NCBI GenBank assembly: GCA_963815095.1
Contig: CAWFFH010000003.1
Span: 288,001 to 352,000 of the forward strand
Direction: 5' to 3'
Length of the DNA: 64,000 bases
DNA from: Candidatus Bathyarchaeota archaeon
GTDB taxonomy: Archaea > Thermoproteota > Bathyarchaeia > Bathyarchaeales > Bathycorpusculaceae
Shown: positions 10,397-19,750 of the stretch, one piece after another
Layout of the letters: each line of letters starts with the position of its first letter
Position numbering within the stretch: position 1 is the first letter of the stretch
The notes under the pieces: model-generated
What the model was told of the DNA's origin: nothing
Database searches by the model: none
Seen by the model: only the letters and a program-made list of their open reading frames with translations
Position numbers and translations under genes: made by a program

Positions 10397-11182
10397 TTAG
10401 GGCTCCTCATCCTCTTCGCGTGTCACTTTGGCTTCGAAGTCTTCGATGGTTACTGGCGGGTCTTTGTCTGGGCCAAGTTCGCCGCGTTCTCTAAGTACTT
10501 GTCGTGCAAGTAGCCAGAAGACTACTGCTAATGCTCTTCTGCCTTTGTTGTTGGTTGGGATAACTAGGTCTACACCTGCAAATTCGTTGTCGGTGCTGCA
10601 TAAGGCTACGATTGGTATTCCTACTTTTGATGCTTCTTTGACTGCTTGTGCGTCTGCTCTTGGGTCACATACAAGGATGATTTCGGGGTCGATTCTGCTT
10701 GAGTATTGTGGGTTGGAGAGTTGTCCGGGGATGAATCTGCCGATTAGTGGGGTTGCGCCTGTTAGTTTGCAGAACATTTTGACTGGTTCGTGAGCATAAA
10801 GTCTTGTTGCTGCTATGGCTACGCGTGCTGGTTCGTAGCGTGAGAGGAATTTTCCTGTAACTCTAATGCGGTCGTCTGTTTTTTTAACGTCTAAAACGAA
10901 TAAGCCGTCTGGGCGTACTCGGTAGATGAATGGTTCCATGTCGAGGGTTTTCATTCGGGTGCCGATGTGGATACCCGCGGACAGTAGAGTGTCTCGTGGT
11001 AATAGAAGGGTTTCTTCTGGAGCTTGAGCTTCGGAAGTTTCTTCTTCGCCTTCTGCTTCTTCTGCGGAGTCTGTGCTAACTTCTTCAGTTGCTTCTTCTT
11101 CCATAGGAGCCTCTACTTCTTCAGGTTCCTCTGGTTGTTGGTCGTCAACTGGTAGATTTTCTTTTCCTACATCTTCAGACAT
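10397..11182 (-). CDS. rps2: 30S ribosomal protein S2 (uS2) with acidic N-terminal extension
   Basis: AGIHIGT, GRFIPGQLSN, DPRADAQA, DLVIPTNNKGRRAL. Confidence 0.97.
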   Translation of the reverse strand: MSEDVGKENLPVDDQQPEEPEEVEAPMEEEATEEVSTDSAEEAEGEEETSEAQAPEETLLLPRDTLLSAGIHIGTRMKTLDMEPFIYRVRPDGLFVLDVKKTDDRIRVTGKFLSRYEPARVAIAATRLYAHEPVKMFCKLTGATPLIGRFIPGQLSNPQYSSRIDPEIILVCDPRADAQAVKEASKVGIPIVALCSTDNEFAGVDLVIPTNNKGRRALAVVFWLLARQVLRERGELGPDKDPPVTIEDFEAKVTREEDEEP

Positions 11183-11200
11183 TATGTTTCATCTTCTCTT

Positions 11201-12454
11201 TTAGCGTATTTTTAGGTCAGCCATTTTGGCTCTGTTACCCAGGAAATGTTCAATGCGGATGAGCTCGTTTAGTTTGGCTATGCGTGCGCCCTCAACTACG
11301 CCTGTTTTGATTAGGGGGCATTTGTAGGCTACAGCCAAATGAGCTATGTGCCAATCGCAAGTATCACCTGAACGGTGAGATACAACCGCGTCGTAACCGT
11401 GCCTTTGCGCCATTTCGATTGTTTCAGTTGCATCAGTTAAGGTGCCTATCTGGTTGACTTTTATGATGATGGCGTTTCCAGCGTTAATCTTAATTCCATT
11501 ATTTAACCTTTCAGTATTAGTTGTGAATAAATCGTCTCCGCAGATCAAACAATTCTTGGCTTTACGAGTTAATTCGGCGAAGCTGTCGAAGTCATCCTCA
11601 TTGAATGGGTCTTCAACGTAGGTAAGATGGTACTTCTCGATTAACTCTAACATAAACTCAAGCTGCTCAGCAGTGTCCAGTTTCTTGCCCAGATTCTCGT
11701 AAACGTATTTTTCTTCTTTCGGCTTCCAGAATGAGGAAGAAGCCACATCAAGGCCAAAGCCGCATTCAAAATCCATTTCGTTGCCGACTTCTTCACAGGC
11801 TTTTGCAATAACCTCAAAAGCGTCCACAGTGTCGATGTTAGCTATCCAGGCACCTTCATCGCTTTTTCCGCCATTAAAAGTTGTGCTTTTCTTTTTTAGT
11901 GCATCGCCGATTTTTTTGTGGATTTGGGTATTGGCAGTTTGTGCTTCCAAAAAACTATCTGCACCATGGGGTAACGCCAAATATTCTTGGATATCAGGTG
12001 CTTTTCCACGAGCATGTGCTCCGCCGCTAATGCAATTACCCAATGGATAAGGCATAGTATTTGCGGCATTTCCTCCAAGAAACTGGAATAATAAGAGACT
12101 ATGAGAATTTGCTGCCGCCTCTGCATTGGCAAGGCTAATAGCAAAAGCGGTATTTCCGCCGATGTTCTTAAAATCAGTGGTGCCATCGATTTCGTGGAGG
12201 GTATTGTCGATTTCTTCTTGGAAATCCGCATTGAGCCCTGCAAGTTCAGGAGCAATCAAATCATCAACTTTTTTTATGGCTGCTTCCACGCCGCCCTGCG
12301 GATAATAAACTACTTCAGCTTTTCCTTTGCTTTTGCCTGCTGGAGCAGCAGATCTTCCGAATCCGGAAGAAGTGATTACATCGACCTCTATGGTTTCTTC
12401 TCCACGATTGTTGAAAATTTTTCTAGCAATGAGGTCCTCAATAATGGATGACAC
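11201..12454 (-). CDS. eno: Enolase
   Basis: ARKIFNNRGEETIEVDV, DEGAW, VEDPF, CGDDLFTTN, IKVNQIGTL, SHRSGDT; GTG start at 12454 after GAGGT. Confidence 0.96.
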   Translation of the reverse strand: MSSIIEDLIARKIFNNRGEETIEVDVITSSGFGRSAAPAGKSKGKAEVVYYPQGGVEAAIKKVDDLIAPELAGLNADFQEEIDNTLHEIDGTTDFKNIGGNTAFAISLANAEAAANSHSLLLFQFLGGNAANTMPYPLGNCISGGAHARGKAPDIQEYLALPHGADSFLEAQTANTQIHKKIGDALKKKSTTFNGGKSDEGAWIANIDTVDAFEVIAKACEEVGNEMDFECGFGLDVASSSFWKPKEEKYVYENLGKKLDTAEQLEFMLELIEKYHLTYVEDPFNEDDFDSFAELTRKAKNCLICGDDLFTTNTERLNNGIKINAGNAIIIKVNQIGTLTDATETIEMAQRHGYDAVVSHRSGDTCDWHIAHLAVAYKCPLIKTGVVEGARIAKLNELIRIEHFLGNRAKMADLKIR

Positions 12455-12782
12455 GGGGTAGTTAAACCTCAAGTGGCTATACTTTTGTCACGCACTTATT
12501 TTAGGTTTCGGAAAGCTGAACCATACGCTTCGATGTTAGGAGAGGTCTTTAAGGTCGTCTATTGTTGGGCGTTTTGTGTTTTGTGACTCATTGAAATGGA
12601 ATTTAGATCGTTTTATTTTTTCAAAACTTTCATACAGAAAAAATTTGAGCAGTAGGTCACTAACGACGATTTCAAAGTTATTAAAATGCTAAAAAATAAA
12701 CGAGAATCATCAATTAATAAGGTTGCTTCAAAAGAACGTTTTTATCTAATAGCTCGATAGCTACTTTCAAGGTGAAAAGTTA

Positions 12783-13724
12783 ATGGGTAAAGGTTCAGGG
12801 TTTGGAAAAGTAATTTTGTTCGGCGAACATTTCGTAGTTCACGGTGTACCGGGCATTGTTTCAGCTATTGACTCCACAACTGATGCGGAAGTCAAAAAGG
12901 CATCTAAAGGAATTAATGTCAAAGACGAACGCAAAACCGCTAAAGGCTACAGTGAAGAAAAACGGCTCCAGCAAATTGAGTCCATCGATAGAATGCTAAG
13001 AGCCATGGGAGTTGATCCCAAAATCGCTTTGGACATTTGGATAGGTGGAACCCTTCCAGGCTTCAGTGGTCTTGGGGCTTCGGCTGCGAGCAGCGTTGCC
13101 ATCGCACGTGCCATCGCCCAAGAATTGAGCATGAAAATTTCGGAAGAAAAAATTAATCAGGCTGCTTACGAAGCTGAGAAAGCCTATGCTGGCAACCCTT
13201 CAGGCATAGACAACACGGCAGCCACCTACGGAGGGCTCATGTGGTTTAGGAAAAACATGGGTGGCGGACAAGACCTGGTTGAACGCTTAGCCATAGAGTC
13301 GCCAGTTGAAATTGTCATAGGCAGCACAGGCAAAGTTGCCAATACCAAAGGTATGGTTGAAGGCGTAGCAGAACGCAAAAACAAAAATCCCCAAAAATAC
13401 AATCCACTCTTCAAACGAGCCGAAGAACTTGCTTATGAAGGCAGAGCAGCATTGGAATTCTATAACCTCAAAAAAGTCGGTGAACTCATGAACGAAAACC
13501 ACCGCTTACTCCAAGAAATCGAGGTTTCAAGCAAAGAACTCGATTTACTAGTGGATGTAGCACGAAAACAAGGTGCAATAGGTGCAAAGCTTACTGGCGG
13601 TGGAGGTGGCGGATGCATGGTTGCGTTGACCCCCGGTAAAGAGCTACAAACTAAAGTTGAAACGGCCATTAAAGGCTTGGGCTTTGAAGTCTTAAGCACC
13701 AAAATAGGGGTCCAAACACACTGA
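12783..13724 (+). CDS. mvk: Mevalonate kinase
   Basis: GKVILFGEHFVVHG, GLGASAA, GNPSGIDN, GAKLTGGGGGG (GHMP kinase). Confidence 0.93.
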   Translation: MGKGSGFGKVILFGEHFVVHGVPGIVSAIDSTTDAEVKKASKGINVKDERKTAKGYSEEKRLQQIESIDRMLRAMGVDPKIALDIWIGGTLPGFSGLGASAASSVAIARAIAQELSMKISEEKINQAAYEAEKAYAGNPSGIDNTAATYGGLMWFRKNMGGGQDLVERLAIESPVEIVIGSTGKVANTKGMVEGVAERKNKNPQKYNPLFKRAEELAYEGRAALEFYNLKKVGELMNENHRLLQEIEVSSKELDLLVDVARKQGAIGAKLTGGGGGGCMVALTPGKELQTKVETAIKGLGFEVLSTKIGVQTH

Positions 13725-13907
13725 TTGAAAGAGGGCTTATTTAGCTCTCTAAACTTTCATCGAACTTTTGAAAAATTTCTTTGCCAACTAACATGATACA
13801 AAATTCATTCAAATTATTTTGCCACAATGAATTATTTATCCTGAAAAAATAAGCCTATTTGAGGTCGCTTAACTTACAAGTACAACTTTTTTACTAATAT
13901 TCATCGC

Positions 13908-15224
13908 TTATTCGACAATTAATACTTTCTTTTCTAAAAGCCGCCTTATAGTAGGCAATACCTCTTTGGCTGACACCTCAATTAAAAGTTCATCAAACTC
14001 GTCAGGTTCTTGAATTTGTGACGCCCCAGAAATTCTTGAGTTTAGAGCCTTTGCTATGGTGGTTTCTCCATCCAAAAGTTTTATCAACTCGGTGATGTCT
14101 GAGGGAATCTCCATTTCGAAGCCGTCATGAAAGTTTACAGTAACGACATCGTTAGGCAAACTGTATTTTTGAAGGGAAACTTTGCTGGACAGCTTGGGCT
14201 TTAACTGTAGCAGTTCTTTATCTTGAGGTTCCGAAATTGAAAGCCCTAACTCTTCACATTTTGCTTCAGCAAATCCAATGCAACCACCTTGACACCGCTC
14301 CTTTCTTCCATGTTCACAAGAATCACATTCTTTTAAGGGATAATACTTGAATTGGTACAACCTACTCATCTGTTGATAGTAATCAAAGATTTCTCCCAGA
14401 GAGCCAAAGTCGTCGAGTTTTTTGTTGAAAAGCTTGGATGTTCCAAAGCACCTCCAAACTGAGAGATCAGGACCAATATCGATTGCTGGATTGCAGACAA
14501 AGTTTCGTTGAGGCGAAACAACTTGTTTGACCAATAGTTCAGATAATTCTTGGGGTGTAAACATACATATTGGTACGGCGTTGTCCATTCCAACCGATGC
14601 ACCCAATTCTTCTGCCCTATGAGTGAAATCCATAATGTATCCGGCAGTTTGTTTGTAGTCCTCAATGGGAAGGTATGTGTTTGTTTTTCCTTCAAACTTA
14701 ACGGGCATCGAAAAACTTAACCGAATATTCTTAAAACCAAACTTTGCAACGAGGTCAAAAATATAGTTGTAATCGGGTTTTTTTTCGAATAAGTTAAAAC
14801 TTATTGTTATATTTCCACGTTTGCTAAGAAACGCAAGGTTCTCCTCAAGTTTTTTTTGTTCGGCGCTGTTGTACATTTTAGGGTGGTCAATGTTTAGTAG
14901 AAATCCAAGGGAAGTCGGCGATATTTTATCAAAGAAAGCGTTTAACTCGGGGTTCCATAAAGCGTTTGTCAAGAGGTTAACTCTAAGGCCATTTTTTAGT
15001 ACAAGCTTCACTATCTCCGTGAATTTAGAATGAATTGTAGGTTCGCCGCCAGCTAATTGAATAGCGTCGCAGTGAGTTTTAGAAAGAAAAGCAAGAACCT
15101 TTTCCACGTTTTCGAGACTAATTTCTGTCACGGCTTCTCTACTTTGATAAGAATGGAGTTTTTCTTTAGCGAAACAATAGTTACATGCGCGGTTACAACG
15201 CATCGTTATTAAAAGATTAACCAA
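13908..15224 (-). CDS. Radical SAM/SPASM domain protein with C-terminal PqqD/RRE-like domain (putative peptide maturase)
   Basis: CNRACNYC, GGEPTIH, SPASM cysteines C-x14-C and CDSC-x7-CQGGC; C-terminal ELIKLLDGETTI...IRRLLEKKVL resembles the RRE winged helix. Confidence 0.85.
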   Translation of the reverse strand: MVNLLITMRCNRACNYCFAKEKLHSYQSREAVTEISLENVEKVLAFLSKTHCDAIQLAGGEPTIHSKFTEIVKLVLKNGLRVNLLTNALWNPELNAFFDKISPTSLGFLLNIDHPKMYNSAEQKKLEENLAFLSKRGNITISFNLFEKKPDYNYIFDLVAKFGFKNIRLSFSMPVKFEGKTNTYLPIEDYKQTAGYIMDFTHRAEELGASVGMDNAVPICMFTPQELSELLVKQVVSPQRNFVCNPAIDIGPDLSVWRCFGTSKLFNKKLDDFGSLGEIFDYYQQMSRLYQFKYYPLKECDSCEHGRKERCQGGCIGFAEAKCEELGLSISEPQDKELLQLKPKLSSKVSLQKYSLPNDVVTVNFHDGFEMEIPSDITELIKLLDGETTIAKALNSRISGASQIQEPDEFDELLIEVSAKEVLPTIRRLLEKKVLIVE

Positions 15225-15271
15225 AGGGATACCTTTTAAAATCTAGATAGAAAAAAATAAGGCAATTTGCC

Positions 15272-15628
15272 TTATCTTTGTTTTTCTTTTAGAATTGCGC
15301 CCACTGTTTGGTTCAGGTCGGGAGCAGAATACAGAATCCAATTTATCTTCGTCAGGTAGCTGTATTTCAATACGTTTCTGATTTCACCTAGCGTCCATTG
15401 ATTCAAAACGGGATCAATAGGATAGAATATTGGTCCAGGTGGAAGCCTTACGTCGTTTAAGGAATCAATGAATGAGGCAGCTTTCTTTATTTTTTCAAGA
15501 TGCTCTGGCTTTAATTTTACGTTGTATTCTTTTGCTACAGCTTCGGGGTTTTCTAGGAATTTAATTCTAAAAGCTCTGTCTTTGGTTGCACAGAGAAGCA
15601 TATATCTTAGGTTTTTATCTTCGCTCAA
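15272..15628 (-). CDS. Putative RiPP precursor with NHLP-clan (nitrile hydratase-like) leader
   Basis: A-x2-D-x2-FR-x2-FL-x-NP-x-A-x4-Y-x3-L leader pattern; 47 bp upstream of the radical SAM gene on the same strand; AGGTAG before TTG. Confidence 0.65.
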   Translation of the reverse strand: MSEDKNLRYMLLCATKDRAFRIKFLENPEAVAKEYNVKLKPEHLEKIKKAASFIDSLNDVRLPPGPIFYPIDPVLNQWTLGEIRNVLKYSYLTKINWILYSAPDLNQTVGAILKEKQR

Positions 15629-15659
15629 AAAAATCTACCTATCAAACTTATGGTAAACA

Positions 15660-15678
15660 TTGAATATATAGGTTTAGT
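15660..15678 (-). promoter_or_regulatory. Putative BRE/TATA of the precursor-rSAM operon
   Basis: Minus strand AAACCTATATATTC about 35-50 nt upstream of the precursor start. Confidence 0.5.
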
Positions 15679-16357
15679 AACACTCCAGACTTAACAGTAC
15701 CTAGCAAGCGTTTGCTATCCTTTAGCCAATACCAGAGTTGAACTCCAATTTTGCATCATCCAGCCCAGTTTATTCCTTTCGACATCTCACTTCGTTCAGC
15801 AAATTTTCTTCGTGAGCTATTGAACCTGTAATTTAGGCTTTTTGATTCTTGTTTCTTAGTTTTAGCTTTAATATTCTGCTCTTGAAAGCTGATAACTCAC
15901 TTAAGTTCTGAAGTAATACCATGAAAAAATAAAGAACCGGTAACTAAAGAAAAATTTACGAAGCATTTCATCGGTCACTAACAGAAGAAGCTTATATAAA
16001 TTACTGGTAAAGCACTTGTATTTGTCAGACAACGAAGAGTTTGGCTACATAGCACCGTAACGATTTTACAGCCAAATGAAACCATGATCCTTCCAGGCTC
16101 TATTTTTCATATTTAGCCTATTTCTTATTCCATTTTTAATTAATAAGCTCAAATTATCGTAAGAAATTTTGCTTACTGCCAAAAATTTAGTTTTAAATTC
16201 CACATAAACTGATTAGACTAGACTTAGAATGGAATGCGCGATTACATTTTAAACGAATTATGATTTGTAGCTGCAATTATGTAGTCACATACCTTGAAAT
16301 ATCGAACAATTAGTAACAATCAATTGCTGCTTAGGTAGCGAATAAAAGGATGATAAA

Positions 16358-16957
16358 ATGAGAAAATTAACTGTATTAACTTTTGTTACACTCGACGGAA
16401 TCATGCAGGCTCCAGGAGGGCCAAAAGAGGATACCAGTGGAGATTTCAAGTACGGTGGATGGTCGGTTGGTTATTGGGATGATTTCTTAGGCAAAGTCAT
16501 GGAAACGCAAATGGCAAAACCGTTTGATCTTCTTCTTGGCCGCAAAACTTACGAAATTTTCGCGGATTACTGGCCAAAGTCAAAGGAACCTGAAGCCGAA
16601 AAACTCAATGCAGCTAAAAAATATGTTGTCTCTACGACCCTTGGCGACCTCTCTTGGAATAATTCTACTTTAATTACAGGTGACGCTGTCGATGAAATTA
16701 GGAAACTCAAGGGCCAAGAAGGACCTGAGATACAGGTTCATGGTAGCTCCAACCTTATCCAAACACTCCTAAAGAATGATTTTGTTGATGAGTTCCGCTT
16801 GAAGATATTCCCCATCACGATTGGCACAGGTAAACGTCTTTTCGGAGATGGCACAATACCAGCTTCATTTAAAACCCAAGAAAGTCAAATTTCAACCACC
16901 GGCGTAATAGTAGCCACATATGTGCGTGATGGAGACATAAAAACGGGGTCCTTTTAG
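16358..16957 (+). CDS. Dihydrofolate reductase / RibD C-terminal family protein
   Basis: TLDGIMQAPG, LLLGRKTYE, KYVVSTTL, VHGSSNL, IGTGKRLF. Confidence 0.9.
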   Translation: MRKLTVLTFVTLDGIMQAPGGPKEDTSGDFKYGGWSVGYWDDFLGKVMETQMAKPFDLLLGRKTYEIFADYWPKSKEPEAEKLNAAKKYVVSTTLGDLSWNNSTLITGDAVDEIRKLKGQEGPEIQVHGSSNLIQTLLKNDFVDEFRLKIFPITIGTGKRLFGDGTIPASFKTQESQISTTGVIVATYVRDGDIKTGSF

Positions 16958-17028
16958 CGGCTCCAAAAGTGGAATTTTCCTAAAGGAGTTTATCGAACAA
17001 AATACATGAAAAAAATGGTGTAAAAAAG

Positions 17029-17817
17029 ATGAACAAAGTTATCTCAAAAGATGGAACAGAAATTGCATATGACAAACAAGGTCAAGGACCAGCGATCATA
17101 CTCGTCGATGGCGCCCTCAGTTTTCGATCATTCGGACCTATGCCCGAATTAGCTAAATTACTCTCGACAAATTTTACTGTAGTTGACTACGATCGACGGG
17201 GTCGAGGCGAAAGCAGCGACACTAAACCCTTTGCGGTTGAACGTGAAATCGAGGATATCGAAGCATTAATAGAAAATGTTGGGGGGTCGACCTTTTTGTA
17301 TGGCATTTCATCCGGCGCATGTCTGGCAATTGAAGCTGCAATCAAACTCGGCGATAAAGTCAAGAAGTTAGCTCTCTATGAACCTCCATACAAGTCCCGA
17401 GAAAACTCAATCGAAGAATGGGTTCAATACAACCAACGGCTTACGGAGTTCTTGGCGGAGAATCGTAGAGGAGACGCAGTTGTGCTCTTTATGAGCTTTG
17501 TCGGCACGCCTGCCGATCAGGTTGAGGGCATGCGCAAAGCACCAATGTGGTCACTGCTTGAGTCTGTAGCACCTACATTGTTGTATGATGCTGCCGCGAT
17601 GGGTGCAAACCGAAAGGTACCCATTGAACGGGTATTACACATAACCGCTTCAACACTTGTCATGCATGGAGGTGCAGGTTTTCCTTTCATGAAACAGACA
17701 GCACTAACCCTTAGCAAAGCTATTCCAAACGCAAAGTTCCGCACAATCGAAGGTCAAACGCATGCAGTAGCATCTGAAGTCATTACCCCCTTGTTAGTGG
17801 AGTTTTTCAAAAGTTGA
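17029..17817 (+). CDS. Alpha/beta fold hydrolase
   Basis: YDRRGRGES, nucleophile GISSG, C-terminal GQTH. Confidence 0.9.
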   Translation: MNKVISKDGTEIAYDKQGQGPAIILVDGALSFRSFGPMPELAKLLSTNFTVVDYDRRGRGESSDTKPFAVEREIEDIEALIENVGGSTFLYGISSGACLAIEAAIKLGDKVKKLALYEPPYKSRENSIEEWVQYNQRLTEFLAENRRGDAVVLFMSFVGTPADQVEGMRKAPMWSLLESVAPTLLYDAAAMGANRKVPIERVLHITASTLVMHGGAGFPFMKQTALTLSKAIPNAKFRTIEGQTHAVASEVITPLLVEFFKS

Positions 17818-17966
17818 ACGATAACAATGTTTTGAACCTTGTGTAACTGGGACCCAACGACTACAAACCATTGTATAGTTCAAGGATTGTTATGGTGTTT
17901 GTTAGTTGCATTTCTAAAACAAAATACTATTTACTTTTGAGCCATCCAATATATTTTGCAGATTTT

Positions 17967-18477
17967 ATGAGAGAAATCGAATTTAGAGCAACAGTTCAGT
18001 TAAAACTTCAGAATCCATATGTGCTTGTAAGTAAGCAAAACGCTGAAAGTTTGAAAAATGGCTGGAAGAAACCCATGCCCGTAATTGCTCAAATTAATGG
18101 TATACAGAAAACGTGGAGAATTAATATGATGCCGAAGGGAGACGGCGACTTTTTCCTCTACCTTAATGGAAAAATTCGGAAATCGTCAGGCACAAAAGTC
18201 GGCGATGAAGTTTCGGTGCATTTGAGTTTTGATGATTCATATCAAGGCGGACCAACTCATCCAATGCCCCAATGGTTTAGCGTTCCGCTTTCTAAAAAAC
18301 GGGAAAGCACAAACAGCTTGGAACGATCTCTCTCCAAGCCGCAAAAAAGAGATTCTTCGGTACTTCTCCTGGCTAAAGTCAAACGAAGCACGAGAGCGAA
18401 ATGTCACGCAGGCACTTTTAGTTCTGTCTGGAGACGAAGGTAGATTCATGGGGCGGACGTGGAATAATGGCAAATAA
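17967..18477 (+). pseudogene. DUF1905 + YdeI/OmpD-associated domain protein, frameshifted
   Basis: The N-half (LYLNGKIRKSSGTKVGDEV) and C-half (AWNDLSPSRKKEILRY..ARERNV) join if one A is removed from the A6 run at 18294-18299. Confidence 0.7.
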
Positions 18478-18521
18478 AAAAATAAAGTCGCTATAAGCGG
18501 AGTTTAGCAGATCGCATTTTT

Positions 18522-18926
18522 TTACCAAAAGCCACCTTTAGATGAAACTGTAGCAACAGCTTCCAATGACCCAACGCCTATTGTTCCGAAAGTGAAATTG
18601 TAGTTTCCGCTTGGAAGCGAAATCCAGCCACTATTGTAGCTTTGTTGTTCGCCTTGATCTGCCGAGTGTTCCCAGATTACTTGATCACCGTTTAAGATTT
18701 GTACTCGATAGAGGGCAGCACCGGTTTGTATGGTTACTTGAATCTGGGCTTTGTCGTCTAGGAATGGTTGTTCAAAGGCTATTGTTTTTTTGTCAGCGCC
18801 TACCGTAAATGAAACTTGTGTATTTGCAGTGGTTCTGGGGTAAGTTGTTCCTGCATAGATGGCGAAGACTGCAACCACTATTATGACCATTGAAAATATA
18901 GCGATTATTGATCTTGATTTTCCCAC
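18522..18926 (-). CDS. Hypothetical protein with N-terminal membrane anchor
   Basis: Hydrophobic N-terminus, beta-rich body; GGAGA SD. Confidence 0.7.
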   Translation of the reverse strand: MGKSRSIIAIFSMVIIVVAVFAIYAGTTYPRTTANTQVSFTVGADKKTIAFEQPFLDDKAQIQVTIQTGAALYRVQILNGDQVIWEHSADQGEQQSYNSGWISLPSGNYNFTFGTIGVGSLEAVATVSSKGGFW

Positions 18927-19087
18927 TCAAAAAATCTCCATTTTCGTTAATGCAGTCAAATGTTTTCTTCTAAATCACTTCTTATTACATTTACAATTAG
19001 TTAGCCTGATATAACCGATTGTTACTGTAGTGCACCAATCACATATTCTAATGAATTGAGAGTTCTTCTATTTAGTTTGGTGTTTTA

Positions 19088-19249
19088 ATGCCAGTTCCTA
19101 AACCTAAATCGAATGAGTCTGAAAGAGATTATATTTCTAGATGCGAAAAGTTCATGCACGAAGAAAATAATGGCAAACCTGAAGGCGAAAAACGCTCAAA
19201 CGCACAAATTTCAGCCATTTGCTATTCCACTTGGAGAAAAGAAACATAG
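19088..19249 (+). CDS. 53-aa protein MPVPKPKSNESERDYISRC...AICYSTW (not in ORF track)
   Basis: Translated by hand; resembles small phage-associated P-x-P...E..F/YISRC...AICY..W proteins (from recall). Confidence 0.6.
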   Translation: MPVPKPKSNESERDYISRCEKFMHEENNGKPEGEKRSNAQISAICYSTWRKET

Positions 19250-19332
19250 AACTAAGTCGGCAGATAAGCTAAGTTTTCAAATTAAGGCACCCTTAAATAT
19301 TGGCGCTCGGTAGAACACTAGAGGCTTTTGCT

Positions 19333-19737
19333 ATGGTTTTTGAGGTAACAGTGTCAAATTTACTTTTTACAATAATAAGTTTGATAATTCTTTGGATCGT
19401 GGTTTCTATTCCTGTTTGGTTGGCAGGTAAAGCAATTACAGGTGGAAAAGCAACTTTTGGAGACGCTCTTCTGGCCACTCTAGCTGGGCCCATAGTGTAT
19501 TTTATAGTTACTTTTGTAGTGGACTTCTTCTTGAGTGCAGTAATTGGAACAAGCGCATTTGTTTTTGGATATATACTTGCACTTATAGCATGGGTTTGGG
19601 TTTTCAAAGCTAGTTTCCAAACGGGTTGGATTCGAGCCATATTGATTGCGATCTTGGCATGGGTTATCTTCATAGTCCTAAGCGTTATTGTTGGAGCCCT
19701 ATTCGGAGTGTCTTATCCCTCACCATTCTTCCCATAA
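19333..19737 (+). CDS. 4-TM hypothetical membrane protein (paralog of 42594-42959)
   Basis: WLAGKAITGGKATFGDA versus WLVGRALVGKQKAKFTDA. Confidence 0.75.
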   Translation: MVFEVTVSNLLFTIISLIILWIVVSIPVWLAGKAITGGKATFGDALLATLAGPIVYFIVTFVVDFFLSAVIGTSAFVFGYILALIAWVWVFKASFQTGWIRAILIAILAWVIFIVLSVIVGALFGVSYPSPFFP

Positions 19738-19750
19738 CTTTCAAAAATAG

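Noticed and set aside
9541-15224. Radical SAM gene as the AmmeMemoRadiSam partner of MEMO1
   Set aside because: It lacks the N-terminal Cys-rich region of that family, carries SPASM and RRE-like domains, and no AMMECR1 gene is present. MEMO1 here belongs to the rps2 neighbourhood.
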